This document shows positions 8,355-17,593 of a stretch of DNA of 64,000 nucleotides, in pieces. Positions within the stretch are counted from its first letter, which is position 1. Every line of letters begins with the position of its first letter. The translations under genes and the position numbers were made by a program. Source of the stretch: an uncultured Rubrobacteraceae bacterium. GTDB taxonomy: Bacteria; Actinomycetota; Rubrobacteria; Rubrobacterales; Rubrobacteraceae. The DNA lies in assembly GCA_902806065.1 (NCBI GenBank), contig CADCVE010000089.1:5295-69294 (forward strand), given 5' to 3'. The notes below the pieces were generated by a model. That model did no database searches and was not told where the DNA came from. It saw only the letters and a list, made by a program, of their open reading frames with translations.

Positions 8355-9754
8355 ACCTTCGCCTCCAAACCGGTCGCGGTGAAGCTCCGCTGGATAAACC
8401 TCCCGGAGCCGTACTCGCCCATTATCTCACCGTCCCTGTACACGAGGTTCCCGCGCACGTACACCGACGCCGGACCACCCTCGAACGTCATCCCCTCGTA
8501 AGGCGTATAGTCCACGTTTCCATGCCGGTTCCCCACCGTCACCATCGTGGAGAGTTGCGGGTCCCAGAGCACGATATCCGCATCAGCGCCCGGCACGAGC
8601 GCGCCCTTCTCAGGGTATGCTCCGTAGATGCGCGCCTGGTTCGTCGAGAGCACCGCGACGAACTGGTTCTCCGAGATCCTGCCCTCCCGTACCCCGAGGG
8701 TCCACAACACCATCGCCCGCTCCTCCGCACCGGGCAACCCGTTGGGGATCAGGGTGAAGTCGTCGCGGCCCATCTCCTTCTGCTCCCTGTAATTGAACGA
8801 GCAGTGGTCGGAGCCAAATATCTGCAGATCCCCCACCTTCAGCCCGTTCCACAGCGCCGGACGGTTCGACTCGTGACGCAGGGGCGGCGAGCAAACATAC
8901 TTCGCACCCTCGAAGCCCTCGCGGGCGAGGTCATTGTAAGAGAGGGCGAAGTACTGCGGGCAGGTCTCGGCGTAGACCGTCTGGCCGCGCTCGTGCGCCC
9001 GGTGGATCTCCTGCAGCGCCGGCGCGCACGAGACATGCACGACGAGTATCGGCACCCCCGCGACTTCGGCCAATCTTATCGCCCTGCCCGTCGCCTCGGC
9101 CTCCACCTCCGGCGGCCGGGTGAGCGCGTGGAACCTTGGAGCCGTATCGCCCCGCGCCAGCGCCTGCTCCTGGAGTTTGGCGACAACGTCCCCGTTCTCG
9201 GCATGAACGAGCACCAGAACACCCGCTTCTTTAGACAGTTGCAAGACCTCAAAGAGGTTGTCGTCCTCGGTGTACAGCGGCGTTCCCTTGTAGGCCATGA
9301 AGATCTTGACGGAGGCGACGCCTTTCTCCGCGAGGCTCGGGAGTTCGGACTTTATATCGTCCCTCAGGTCCGTGATCGCCACATGAAACCCGTAGTCTAT
9401 TAGCGCCTTGCCCCGGGCCTTCTCAGTCCACGCCTCGACGGCCCCCGCCAGCGTCCCGCCCTCCTCCTGGAGCGCGAAGTCGATGATCGTGGTCGTCCCA
9501 CCCGCTGCAGCCGCGGCCGTACCTGTAGCCCAGTCATCCGCCGTCACCGTCCCGCCGAAGGGCATGGACATGTGGGTGTGCGCGTCTATAAAGCCCGGCA
9601 TGATCAGCTTGCCGGAGGCATCCACGGTCTCCGCCCCATCAGCCGAGAGGTCCATGCCGATAGCCACTATTTTCTCGTCCTCGACCAGCACATCCGCCGT
9701 AAAGCTGCCGTCAGCGGTCACGACCGTCCCGCCGGTAAATAGCATCTTGCCCAC
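8351..9754 (-). CDS. Dihydropyrimidinase / D-hydantoinase
   Basis: LFTGGTVVTADG...MPGFIDAHTHMSMPFGGT...AGGTTTIIDFA...VKIFMAYKG is the cyclic amidohydrolase signature. GTG 9754 sits 6 nt after the GGAGG SD. ATG 9745 is an alternative start. The track start 9778 is less likely. Confidence 0.85.
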   Translation of the reverse strand: MGKMLFTGGTVVTADGSFTADVLVEDEKIVAIGMDLSADGAETVDASGKLIMPGFIDAHTHMSMPFGGTVTADDWATGTAAAAAGGTTTIIDFALQEEGGTLAGAVEAWTEKARGKALIDYGFHVAITDLRDDIKSELPSLAEKGVASVKIFMAYKGTPLYTEDDNLFEVLQLSKEAGVLVLVHAENGDVVAKLQEQALARGDTAPRFHALTRPPEVEAEATGRAIRLAEVAGVPILVVHVSCAPALQEIHRAHERGQTVYAETCPQYFALSYNDLAREGFEGAKYVCSPPLRHESNRPALWNGLKVGDLQIFGSDHCSFNYREQKEMGRDDFTLIPNGLPGAEERAMVLWTLGVREGRISENQFVAVLSTNQARIYGAYPEKGALVPGADADIVLWDPQLSTMVTVGNRHGNVDYTPYEGMTFEGGPASVYVRGNLVYRDGEIMGEYGSGRFIQRSFTATGLEAKV

Positions 9755-10037
9755 CCGACTCCTCCTTACTCCAGCCACCCCACGCCAGCAGTTCCCGGCG
9801 TGCTCGCTGTAGTGTGTACAACCCTAGTTTCCCGGTCAACCGGCGAAACGTGCCAGCCCACTCGACCTACATGGTGGAGGATTCATAGCGGATTATCTTG
9901 GGCCGCTCGTTCAGCGAGTAAGAGACGAACGGGCTACATCTTTGTACAACCGACGTATTGATAGCACCGCCATACCTTGATAGCGTACGAAACGCGGTGG
10001 GATGCGGAGAAGGCGATGCGATAGCGGGGGAGTTCTT

Positions 10038-11300
10038 ATGGCGACCGGGCAGCTAACCATAGACCGGGCAAAGAGCGCCGAACGCATAGGGCGGGACGTC
10101 GATAATCTAGCTGGTCCAGACTACACACTCTCGGACGAGGCGATAAAGCGCTACGCCTACACACAGGTGTACCGCAACACCCTCGACTACTTCGCCAGCG
10201 AGCTACAAGCCCTCGGCTTCGAGGTCTACGAAGACCCCGTCGGCACGTTCGTCGCCCGCAACCGTCCGGCGGGAGAGGGCGTATTTGGTGTCGGCTCGCA
10301 CTGCGACTCCAACCGCAACGGGGGTAAGTACGATGGCACTCTAGGCGTTGTTACAGCGCTGGAGATCTGCCGCCTGAACAATGAGCTTGGCCTGGGCCTT
10401 CCGCTAAAGCTGATCTCCTTTCTCGAAGAAGAGGGCTCGGGTTTCGGCCAGATGCTCCTCGGCAGCCGCATCATCGCCCAGAGGGTGGAAGAGAAGGAGC
10501 TACGCGAGTCCTTTTTGTCCGAAGATGACGGACGCCCGTTCTGGGAGCACGCCGAGGAGGCTGGCTACGAGCCCGAGCGCTGGCGCGAGGCTGTCCAGGT
10601 CCTCGACGACCTGTACGGTTGGATCGAGCTGCACATCGAACAGGCCCGCGTCCTCCAGGATACCGGCCACCGTATAGGCATCGTGAACGCGATAGCAGGC
10701 TACGTTCACGCCGACATCACCATCCGTGGCCGCAGCGACCACGCGGGCGCGACCCCGATGGACTTCCGCCAGGACGCCGGGCTCGTAGCCGCCGAATGCA
10801 TGCTGGAGTTGGAGCGCCTCGCAAGCGCGGCCGGAGGCGGGACCGTTGGGACCGTCGGAGAGATGGAGCTAAAGCCCGGCCTCATCAACGCTGTGCCGGG
10901 CGAGGCTCGCTTCTCTCTCGATATCCGCGGCGTCGACGAAGGCGCCTTCCGCGGCGTTGCCCGCGACATCGCAGCCTTCGCCGAAAAGGCAGCCGGGGAG
11001 CGCGGCATGACCGCCGGCTACACCCAGCGTCAGACCCTGTCGGCCATGCAACTCGACGACAACGTCGTGGCTGCCCTGGAATCTGCCGTGGAGGCGAGCG
11101 GCGAGCCTTACATGGCGATGCACTCGGGGGCGGCGCATGACACGATGAGCATCGCCGACCGAGTCCCGAGCGCGATGGTCTTCGTGCCGTGCAAGGATGG
11201 CATAAGCCACTCTCCGGAGGAGTACGCGAATCCGGCCGACGCGGCCCTGGGAGCCGAGATCATGCTGAACGCTATTAGGTCTCTCTCGACGAGCGGCTAG
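10038..11300 (+). CDS. Second M20-family carbamoyl-amidohydrolase (HyuC / allantoate amidohydrolase-like)
   Basis: FGVGSHCDSNRNGGKYDGTLGVVTALE...ITIRGRSDHAGATPMDFRQDA. Paralogue of 5791-7056, transcribed divergently. ATG 10038 is preceded by GGGGGAG. Confidence 0.8.
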   Translation: MATGQLTIDRAKSAERIGRDVDNLAGPDYTLSDEAIKRYAYTQVYRNTLDYFASELQALGFEVYEDPVGTFVARNRPAGEGVFGVGSHCDSNRNGGKYDGTLGVVTALEICRLNNELGLGLPLKLISFLEEEGSGFGQMLLGSRIIAQRVEEKELRESFLSEDDGRPFWEHAEEAGYEPERWREAVQVLDDLYGWIELHIEQARVLQDTGHRIGIVNAIAGYVHADITIRGRSDHAGATPMDFRQDAGLVAAECMLELERLASAAGGGTVGTVGEMELKPGLINAVPGEARFSLDIRGVDEGAFRGVARDIAAFAEKAAGERGMTAGYTQRQTLSAMQLDDNVVAALESAVEASGEPYMAMHSGAAHDTMSIADRVPSAMVFVPCKDGISHSPEEYANPADAALGAEIMLNAIRSLSTSG

Positions 11301-11358
11301 GAAAGGCCATCTGTAGCAGCGTTCTGGCAAGCTCTCCCTCGCCTACTGCCGGGAGACA

Positions 11359-12363
11359 CTAGCCCTCTCTAGGCCAGCGGAGCTTGGGGATCACACGCTC
11401 CCCGTAAGCCTTTATGAACTCCTCCTGGTTACGCCCGACGTTGTGGACGTAGACCTCGTCGAAGCCCAGGTCTACGTAGTGCTGGACGTGCTCCAGATGC
11501 TCGTCGAGGTCGGCGGACGTTAAGACGCGGTTCTTGAAGTTCTCTATGGTCACCTGTTTGGCCATCGCCGCGAAGTCTTCGGGGTTGCGGATGTCTGCTT
11601 TGGGGAATGGCATCCCGCCGTTGGGCCACTCCTTGACGGCCTGGTCTTCGGCTTCTTGCTGGCTCTCGGCCCAGGAGACGTGCAGTTGGATCATGCGCGG
11701 CATCACACTTGGGTCTTTGTCTTCCTGACGCGCGCCTTCTTCGAACTTCTGCATGAGCATCTTTATCTTCTCATCCGCCGCCCCGACGGTAATGATCCCG
11801 TCGCAAAAACGCCCGGTGCGCTTGCTCATGATCGGGCCGGCTGTTGCCACGTAGATCGGCGGCGGCGTCTCCGGCATCGTATACAACCTCGCGCTCTCCA
11901 GTCTTATATGTTCACCCTGGTACTTGACGACCTTGCCGGTGAACAGCTTGCGGATGACCTCAATGGCCTCCATGAGAATGCGCAGGCGTGTCGGCGCCTC
12001 GGGCCAATAAGTCCCGACTACGTGCTCGTTGAGCGCCTCGCCCGCACCGAGCCCCAGCCAGAACCGCCCCGGATACATCGCCTCCAGAGTCGCGGCGGCT
12101 TGAGCGATAATCGCTGGATGGTAGCGGAAGCCCGGAGGTGTCACGCCGGTCCCGAAGCGCAGGGAAGTGGTCGCCCCAAGCGCGCCGAGCCAGGACCAGA
12201 CGAAGGCGCTCTGTCCCTGCTCGGGGGTCCAGGGATGGAAGTGGTCCGAGGCCATCACGGAGGTGAAACCCGACTCCTCGGCCTGCTTGCACCACTTCAG
12301 CAGGTCCGTCGGGTGAAACTGCTCGAACATCGCCGCGTAGCCTATCGTACCCGTGGTCTTCAT
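11359..12363 (-). CDS. F420-dependent oxidoreductase of the glucose-6-phosphate dehydrogenase (Fgd-related LLM) family
   Basis: IGYAAMFEQFHPTDLLKWCKQAEESGFTSVMASDHFHPWTPEQGQSAFVWSWLGALG...FRYHPAIIAQAAATL aligns from memory with mycobacterial Fgd (SDHFQPW...FRYNPAVIAQAFAT). Confidence 0.8.
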   Translation of the reverse strand: MKTTGTIGYAAMFEQFHPTDLLKWCKQAEESGFTSVMASDHFHPWTPEQGQSAFVWSWLGALGATTSLRFGTGVTPPGFRYHPAIIAQAAATLEAMYPGRFWLGLGAGEALNEHVVGTYWPEAPTRLRILMEAIEVIRKLFTGKVVKYQGEHIRLESARLYTMPETPPPIYVATAGPIMSKRTGRFCDGIITVGAADEKIKMLMQKFEEGARQEDKDPSVMPRMIQLHVSWAESQQEAEDQAVKEWPNGGMPFPKADIRNPEDFAAMAKQVTIENFKNRVLTSADLDEHLEHVQHYVDLGFDEVYVHNVGRNQEEFIKAYGERVIPKLRWPREG

Positions 12364-12421
12364 AATGTCTCCCGTTGTAGCTGTCAGCTTCGCTGGTCGC
12401 TCCCTGCGCGCAGGGTCGCGG

Positions 12422-13642
12422 CTAGTATAAGGGAGAGCACGGTACTAGAAGGCCTCCTCCGAACCCTGATCGCTCTAAAAATGATCCTCCGGGAAGAGCC
12501 ACGGGTCGCCGGGCGGGAAGAAAGCCTCCAGTAGTTCGAGAGCCTTCACGGAGTTGGGCCACACCAACCCATTGCGGGCGAGCTGCCGCCGGAAGATACC
12601 CGGCGTAGAGCTGAGCGAGCCGCCGTACGTCCAGCGACACGCGCTCAGCCGCCTCCACACCCCGAACAACTCCGCCGCCTCCGACGGTATACTCTCCGGC
12701 GTTCTCGGGGATTACCTCATCCGAGACTTCGAGGACGAGCGGCGCCTCTAAGCCGCGTCGCAGCAGCTTCAAGGCTCCTTCTACATCCACGATGCGGAGC
12801 ATAAACTCGGGATTGAGGCGCGTCTCTACGTAGGAGCTTGGCAAGAAAGGATGCAGAGGTTCACCACGCGGCGTGGAGTAACTGACTTCGAACCTCAGGG
12901 GATCGAAGGCGGCCATAAACGAGACTAGAGCCTCCCGTGCCCCAGGGCTACCGGCTACAACCTCCGAGATGTTGAGGGCTCGCGCCATGTTCCGGCCCTC
13001 CCCGTACCTGTACATAACGTAGCCCTCCACCCGCCCATCAGCCTCGTAAACAGCCACCTTTGTGTCTCTCCGTACCAGGAGCCGCCGCCACCATCCCTCA
13101 CTTCGGCGCACGCACAGAGGACGCTTCGATGCCTCCCCTTCGAGAAGCGCCATCACTCGCGGCAGGTCCCCATCCCGGTAGGCCCGGACACGCTTCTGTT
13201 CGGAGCTTGCCGGCAGGTCCGTGGGCTTGAGCCGGTAGCTTATGGTCTCGGTGGCTAGCTCCCAGCCGTAGCGGCGGTAGAAGGCGTGGGCAAAGGGATG
13301 GAGCATGGAGAGGTGTACGCCCCGCTCCCGCATCCCCCCGAGCGCGGCGCGCATTAGCTCCCCCGCGTAGCCCCGCCGCCGGTAAGCCGGGTGGGTTGCC
13401 ACATCCGCAACACCACCCATCGCCACCGGCTGCCCGTCCACAAAGACCTCCAACGGCAAGACCGCCGCCGTCGCCCGGATTCCCCCGTCCTCCTCGATGA
13501 CGTAGACCCGTTCGGGGTCCAGGCGTGGGTTCTTCTCCGGATCATAATGCTCTTGCCAGCCCTCAATACTCCCACTCAAAGCGCCAGCGGCCAGACACGC
13601 CACTACCCCCCGGTCCTCCTCGCGATATCCGCGCAGCTTCAA
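12422..13642 (-). CDS. Eis-like GNAT acetyltransferase (GNAT + SCP2-like domains); 3' end appears frameshifted
   Basis: HPAYRRRGYAGELMRAALGGMRERGVHLSMLHPFAHAFYRRYGWE is the Eis-family motif. The last ~55 codons of this frame are low-complexity. The family-like C-terminus ...PPGDPWLFPEDHF is encoded in the overlapping ORF 12475-12669. Confidence 0.75.
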   Translation of the reverse strand: MKLRGYREEDRGVVACLAAGALSGSIEGWQEHYDPEKNPRLDPERVYVIEEDGGIRATAAVLPLEVFVDGQPVAMGGVADVATHPAYRRRGYAGELMRAALGGMRERGVHLSMLHPFAHAFYRRYGWELATETISYRLKPTDLPASSEQKRVRAYRDGDLPRVMALLEGEASKRPLCVRRSEGWWRRLLVRRDTKVAVYEADGRVEGYVMYRYGEGRNMARALNISEVVAGSPGAREALVSFMAAFDPLRFEVSYSTPRGEPLHPFLPSSYVETRLNPEFMLRIVDVEGALKLLRRGLEAPLVLEVSDEVIPENAGEYTVGGGGVVRGVEAAERVSLDVRRLAQLYAGYLPAAARPQWVGVAQLREGSRTTGGFLPARRPVALPGGSFLERSGFGGGLLVPCSPLY

Positions 13643-13762
13643 ATCTCCTCCAGTCTCGCCGGCACCCGGATTCTTAACCGGCGCACTCGAACACGAAACG
13701 GTCGCGCTTCTGCGCGAGCCGGTACCGGTCGCCGATGCACCCGGCCGGGGCGAGTCCGGCTA

Positions 13763-14329
13763 TCAAGCTCTGGCGCCCCCGCCGCGGACGCCACTCTCCA
13801 ACCGGTACGCTAGCCAGGCGCACCACTCCGTGTAGCCGCGCTCGTAGCTGATGCCTCTCTGAAGCGTGGCGTAGATGGCAAATCGGGGCGAGTCGAGGCG
13901 ATACAGGTCCTCGCCCCACTCCTCCTCCATCCAGGCCCCGATCTCCTCGTACCGGAGCAACTGCTCCTTGTGCAACCGCTGCTGATCGCGGAACAGTGTG
14001 ACCGCCTTCTCGGGATCGGCGAGCCACACGGAGTACGCCTTGAGGACCAGCTCATCCCGCACCACACCTGGTTCGACCGGCGCCGTAACCCACTCCTTCA
14101 ACTCATGCAGACCCGTGTCAGTGATCGTATAAACCTTCTTGTCCGGACGGTCCTGCTGCTCCACCACCCGATGCTCAACCATTCCCTCCCCCTCCAACCG
14201 GGCCAGCTCCGGGTAGATCTGACTGTGCCCAGCACTCCAGAAGTTCCCTACCCGCCGCTCCATTCGCAGCTTGAGGTCGTAACCTGACAACGGCTCCTGT
14301 GCCAACAACCCGAGCAATGCAAACCCCAA
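13763..14329 (-). CDS. PadR-family transcriptional regulator
   Basis: LLGLLAQEPLSGYDLKLRMERRVGNFWSAGHSQIYPELARLEGEGMV...KKVYTITDTG is the canonical PadR wHTH. Confidence 0.85.
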   Translation of the reverse strand: MGFALLGLLAQEPLSGYDLKLRMERRVGNFWSAGHSQIYPELARLEGEGMVEHRVVEQQDRPDKKVYTITDTGLHELKEWVTAPVEPGVVRDELVLKAYSVWLADPEKAVTLFRDQQRLHKEQLLRYEEIGAWMEEEWGEDLYRLDSPRFAIYATLQRGISYERGYTEWCAWLAYRLESGVRGGGARA

Positions 14330-14349
14330 AACCTTTATAAGAACCTCCT

Positions 14350-14407
14350 ATGTCACTCTTGACATATGCTTCTCCGACCTCTACAGTATATATGTCAACA
14401 TAGACAT
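14350..14407. promoter_or_regulatory. Two ATGTC(A)...(T)GACAT inverted repeats in the padR / membrane-protein divergent promoter; putative PadR operators
   Basis: ATGTCA-ctct-TGACAT at 14350-14365 and ATGTC-aacata-GACAT at 14392-14407, read directly. Confidence 0.4.
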
Positions 14408-14425
14408 ACAGAAGGGAGTCGGGGG

Positions 14426-14911
14426 ATGGGACGACTGTTGGTGGAGGAGAGAGATATGGAGGAGGGAGCGCCGCGGGAGATAGTTTCGGGGGGTGGGCGT
14501 CTCCGGGGCTGGTTGTTGAGGTTCGCGGTTGCCGCGATGGTCTTCAGCATTTTGCATCATGCGGATCACGTCATTCGGGGCAACCATTCAGGTTGGCCGT
14601 TTCAGGGAGATGTCACACCGTTTACGTTTAGTTTGCTGATCTATGCGCTCATCTTGCCGGGTATCTACATGACGGCGAGGGGACGTTCGGTGCCCGGGTA
14701 TCACTTGTTCGTTTCCGTCGTGGGGTTGGCGCTCATTGGTTTTGTACACTTCGTGCCCACCGGGGAGCATGAGGCGCCGATAGAAGACATCTACGCGGTC
14801 TACGGCAGCCCGTTGGCCGGGCTCCTGGCGCTCGCGATCCTGACGGGACTGATGATCAGCGTGGCGCTGTTGGCGATTACAGCTCTTCGGGCGCTTCGCG
14901 CTCGGTCATAA
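14426..14911 (+). CDS. Hypothetical integral membrane protein (about 4 TM, HHADH motif)
   Basis: Hydrophobic segments follow RLRGWLLRFAVAAMVFSILHHADHVIRG. ATG 14426 has SD GAAGGGAG. The track start 14366 has none. Confidence 0.6.
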   Translation: MGRLLVEERDMEEGAPREIVSGGGRLRGWLLRFAVAAMVFSILHHADHVIRGNHSGWPFQGDVTPFTFSLLIYALILPGIYMTARGRSVPGYHLFVSVVGLALIGFVHFVPTGEHEAPIEDIYAVYGSPLAGLLALAILTGLMISVALLAITALRALRARS

Positions 14912-14933
14912 GGTGCGAAAGGAGGTTCGGAGG

Positions 14934-15410
14934 ATGTTGTCGCAAATTGTGCGTCTTATAAACCTGCTGCTAGCGGCGTTGCTCGCCGGAAACGAGTTCG
15001 GGACCTGGGCGGCTGTCCACAGGGCACTGTGGTCCATGCCAACGCCGGACCATATAAGGGCCGAGCAGGCGCTCACGCGCCGTTTCGCCTCGATAATACC
15101 GTTCTGGATGGTGTCCGTGTTGGTCTCTTGCCTCCCGGCGCTGGCGCTCGCCCGCCGCGGGGGAGCGCCAGCCTTCCGCTTCACCCTCGCCGGGACGCTC
15201 TGCTTCGTGGCTATGCTAGTCTCGACGGTGCGTGGGAACGTGCCCATCAACAACAGGACACTCGAGCTCTCCCCGGAGGCGACACCGCCCGAGGAATGGA
15301 GAGATCTCAGGGAACGTTGGGATCGCCTGCACGCCGTACGCGTCGTCCTGAACGTCACCGGGCTGGGCCTGCTTCTACTTGGGACGATCAGAGAGAAGGA
15401 TCGCCGATGA
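14934..15410 (+). CDS. DUF1772 (anthrone-oxygenase-like) membrane protein
   Basis: LLAALLAGNEFGTWAAVHRAL...VPINNRTLELSPEATPPEEWRDLRERWDRLHAVRV is typical of DUF1772. ATG 14934 follows AAGGAGG...GGAGG. Confidence 0.7.
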   Translation: MLSQIVRLINLLLAALLAGNEFGTWAAVHRALWSMPTPDHIRAEQALTRRFASIIPFWMVSVLVSCLPALALARRGGAPAFRFTLAGTLCFVAMLVSTVRGNVPINNRTLELSPEATPPEEWRDLRERWDRLHAVRVVLNVTGLGLLLLGTIREKDRR

Positions 15411-15513
15411 GCACGATCTCTGGATAATCTGGACCTTACGGAGATCGCCAAAGAAAGCCCGACGTGTGCACGTTAGAGCACGGTAGCTAGATGACTACGG
15501 GAGGAGGTCGCTT

Positions 15514-16176
15514 ATGAGCCCTACACATGAAACCACGCGCCTCGAAGCTGCCCAAATAGATCGGGCATCCGCCACCCTTGCCCGGGCGTTTCAGGAGGAC
15601 CCGATGATGCGGTACGTGCTTCCCAACTACGCTCGGCGGGCACGCTTGCTGCCGTGGAACTTCAGCGTCTTGCTACGCTACTGCCTCCCCTACGGTGAGG
15701 TCTTGACGACGCCGGATCTCAGCGGGGTCGCCTGCTGGCTCCCACCCGGCAGCGGTACCAAGGACGCCTGGGGCATGCTCCGAAGCGGCATGGTCCTCGC
15801 GCCCTTGAAGCTCGGTCCAGCGGCGTTTGTCCGGTTCATGGGCCTCACGGCGTACATGGATGCCGCGCGCGAACGTATCGTGCCGACACCGCACTGGTAC
15901 CTCTTCGGGATCGGTGTCGGGCCGTCGCGCCAGGGGGAGGGCATCGGCGGGGCGCTCCTCAAACCCGCCCTCGCCCGAGCCGATGCTCGCGGGCTGCCCT
16001 GCTACCTCGAGACGCAGACCGAGCGCAACGTCGAGTTCTACGAGAAGCGCGGCTTCAAGGTGTCGGAAGCGAGCACGATACGCGGGCTGCGGTTGTGGAC
16101 GATGCTCCGTGCACCGCACAACCCGACAACGGCGTTAGAAACCCAACCCGAGGCAGCTCGAAAGGAGAACGCATGA
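15514..16176 (+). CDS. GNAT-family N-acetyltransferase
   Basis: WYLFGIGVGPSRQGEGIGGALLKPALARADARGLPCYLETQTERNVEFYEKRGF is the acetyl-CoA-binding GNAT core. Confidence 0.8.
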   Translation: MSPTHETTRLEAAQIDRASATLARAFQEDPMMRYVLPNYARRARLLPWNFSVLLRYCLPYGEVLTTPDLSGVACWLPPGSGTKDAWGMLRSGMVLAPLKLGPAAFVRFMGLTAYMDAARERIVPTPHWYLFGIGVGPSRQGEGIGGALLKPALARADARGLPCYLETQTERNVEFYEKRGFKVSEASTIRGLRLWTMLRAPHNPTTALETQPEAARKENA

Positions 16177-16694
16177 GCAGCAGGCCGTTGCTAGAGAAGA
16201 TCCACACGAAGCAAGGAGCCAGCGTCGAATCGCGGAGAGGCTGCAGCTGGCACCGTAAACACCACTCCGGCCACACCTTCGGTCTTGACGCTAAGGAGAT
16301 GAGCCCGAGGGCGCAAGTCGTAGCGGCACTCGCGGTGCTGGCGCCGGTGGCGCTCTCCGGTATAGTCCTGGTCGCACTCGCGCCCGGCCTGTGGTGGGTC
16401 TTCACGACGTACTTCTGGGTCGCCTTCCCGGCCTTGGGCCTGCTGGCGAAGGGAATCTCGGGTCTATCCGAGGAAAAGAGCGAAGCGCCGCTCCTTGCGG
16501 CCTCCAGAGAGCGGGAGCTATTGCAGGCGCTCGAAAGGCACGGGGAGTTGACCCCAGCGGAGGCGGCGATGGAGACATCGCTCTCGGTGGCCGAGGCAGA
16601 CGAGATGCTCAAGGAGCTTGCGGAGGCCGGGCATCTGGAGGTGCTGGTGCGCGGAGGAGGGCTCTTCTACGCCCTATGGGGTAGAGTGGTGTGA
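16173..16694 (+). CDS. Hypothetical membrane protein with a C-terminal wHTH-like segment
   Basis: ATG 16173 overlaps the GNAT stop (ATGA) and follows AAGGAGAA. Two TM segments are followed by RERELLQALERHGELTPAEAAMETSLSVAEADEMLKELAEAGHLEV. Confidence 0.55.
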   Translation: MSSRPLLEKIHTKQGASVESRRGCSWHRKHHSGHTFGLDAKEMSPRAQVVAALAVLAPVALSGIVLVALAPGLWWVFTTYFWVAFPALGLLAKGISGLSEEKSEAPLLAASRERELLQALERHGELTPAEAAMETSLSVAEADEMLKELAEAGHLEVLVRGGGLFYALWGRVV

Positions 16695-16917
16695 GTTCTG
16701 ATTCACGCATAGTAGCTGGCAACCTGCTAGCCGCCTTCTTCCTGTGCGTACTGTCCCCCGATGCCACGGAGTCGGATAGTAGCAGGACAAACCATCGTTT
16801 GGACATTACAGGAGATCAGGGATGAAGGAATCGATGACCTCCGGCGTCATTCGCTTCTTCGTTCTTGTTAGCAGGACTATTCGCTGTCCACCAGACATTC
16901 AAAGGAGGTTTTCGAGC

Positions 16918-17424
16918 ATGGCCCCAGTAATCAGCGGTAGATGCACGGCCCGAATGGACGAACCATTCGTGGTGTTCATGATCGGGATGAGAATAAACAA
17001 ACTCTTTGCCGTCAATAAGTGGGTCCCGACGATCCGCGCAATGGGACCGATGCTGCGCGAGTTGTATGAGCACCCCGAGAAGGGCTTCCTTGGAGGCGAA
17101 TTCTTTTTGTACTGGCGGGGACCGGCGCTGGTTCAGTACTGGCGTTCGTTCGAGGACCTGGAGAGGTTCGCTCGCAACCCTGACGACCCACATCTCCCCG
17201 CCTGGCGCCGCTTCAACCGGACCATCGGCTCTGACGGTAGTGTCGGGATCTGGCACGAGACCTACATGGTCCAGCCGGGCAACTACGAGGCGATCTACTC
17301 CAACATGCCCCCCTTCGGGCTTGCAAGAGCCACCGAACGCGTCCCTGCCATAGGAGGCCGGGAGACTGCTCGCCGTCGTCTCCTGCGCGGCGAAAACGAT
17401 CCCGCCGTCCCCTCTCCCGAGTAG
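16918..17424 (+). CDS. DUF4188-domain protein
   Basis: FVVFMIGMRINKLFAVNKWVPTIRAMGPMLRELYEHPEKGFLGGEFFLYWRGPALVQYWRSFEDLERFA is the DUF4188 pattern. ATG 16918 is preceded by AAAGGAGG. Confidence 0.75.
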   Translation: MAPVISGRCTARMDEPFVVFMIGMRINKLFAVNKWVPTIRAMGPMLRELYEHPEKGFLGGEFFLYWRGPALVQYWRSFEDLERFARNPDDPHLPAWRRFNRTIGSDGSVGIWHETYMVQPGNYEAIYSNMPPFGLARATERVPAIGGRETARRRLLRGENDPAVPSPE

Positions 17425-17593
17425 CGCGAACTCAACGCGAACGCCGACTGGCAAAGACTGCGCGGACATCAGGCAAGCGGCAGAGTGCAGGCGGAAGAAA
17501 GGGAGTTGTTTCCATAAACCGTGGTTTCAGGACCTGAGATGAGGAAAGAAGCAGTCATGGACAGTTAGCAGAGGCATACACTGGCAATCAAGG

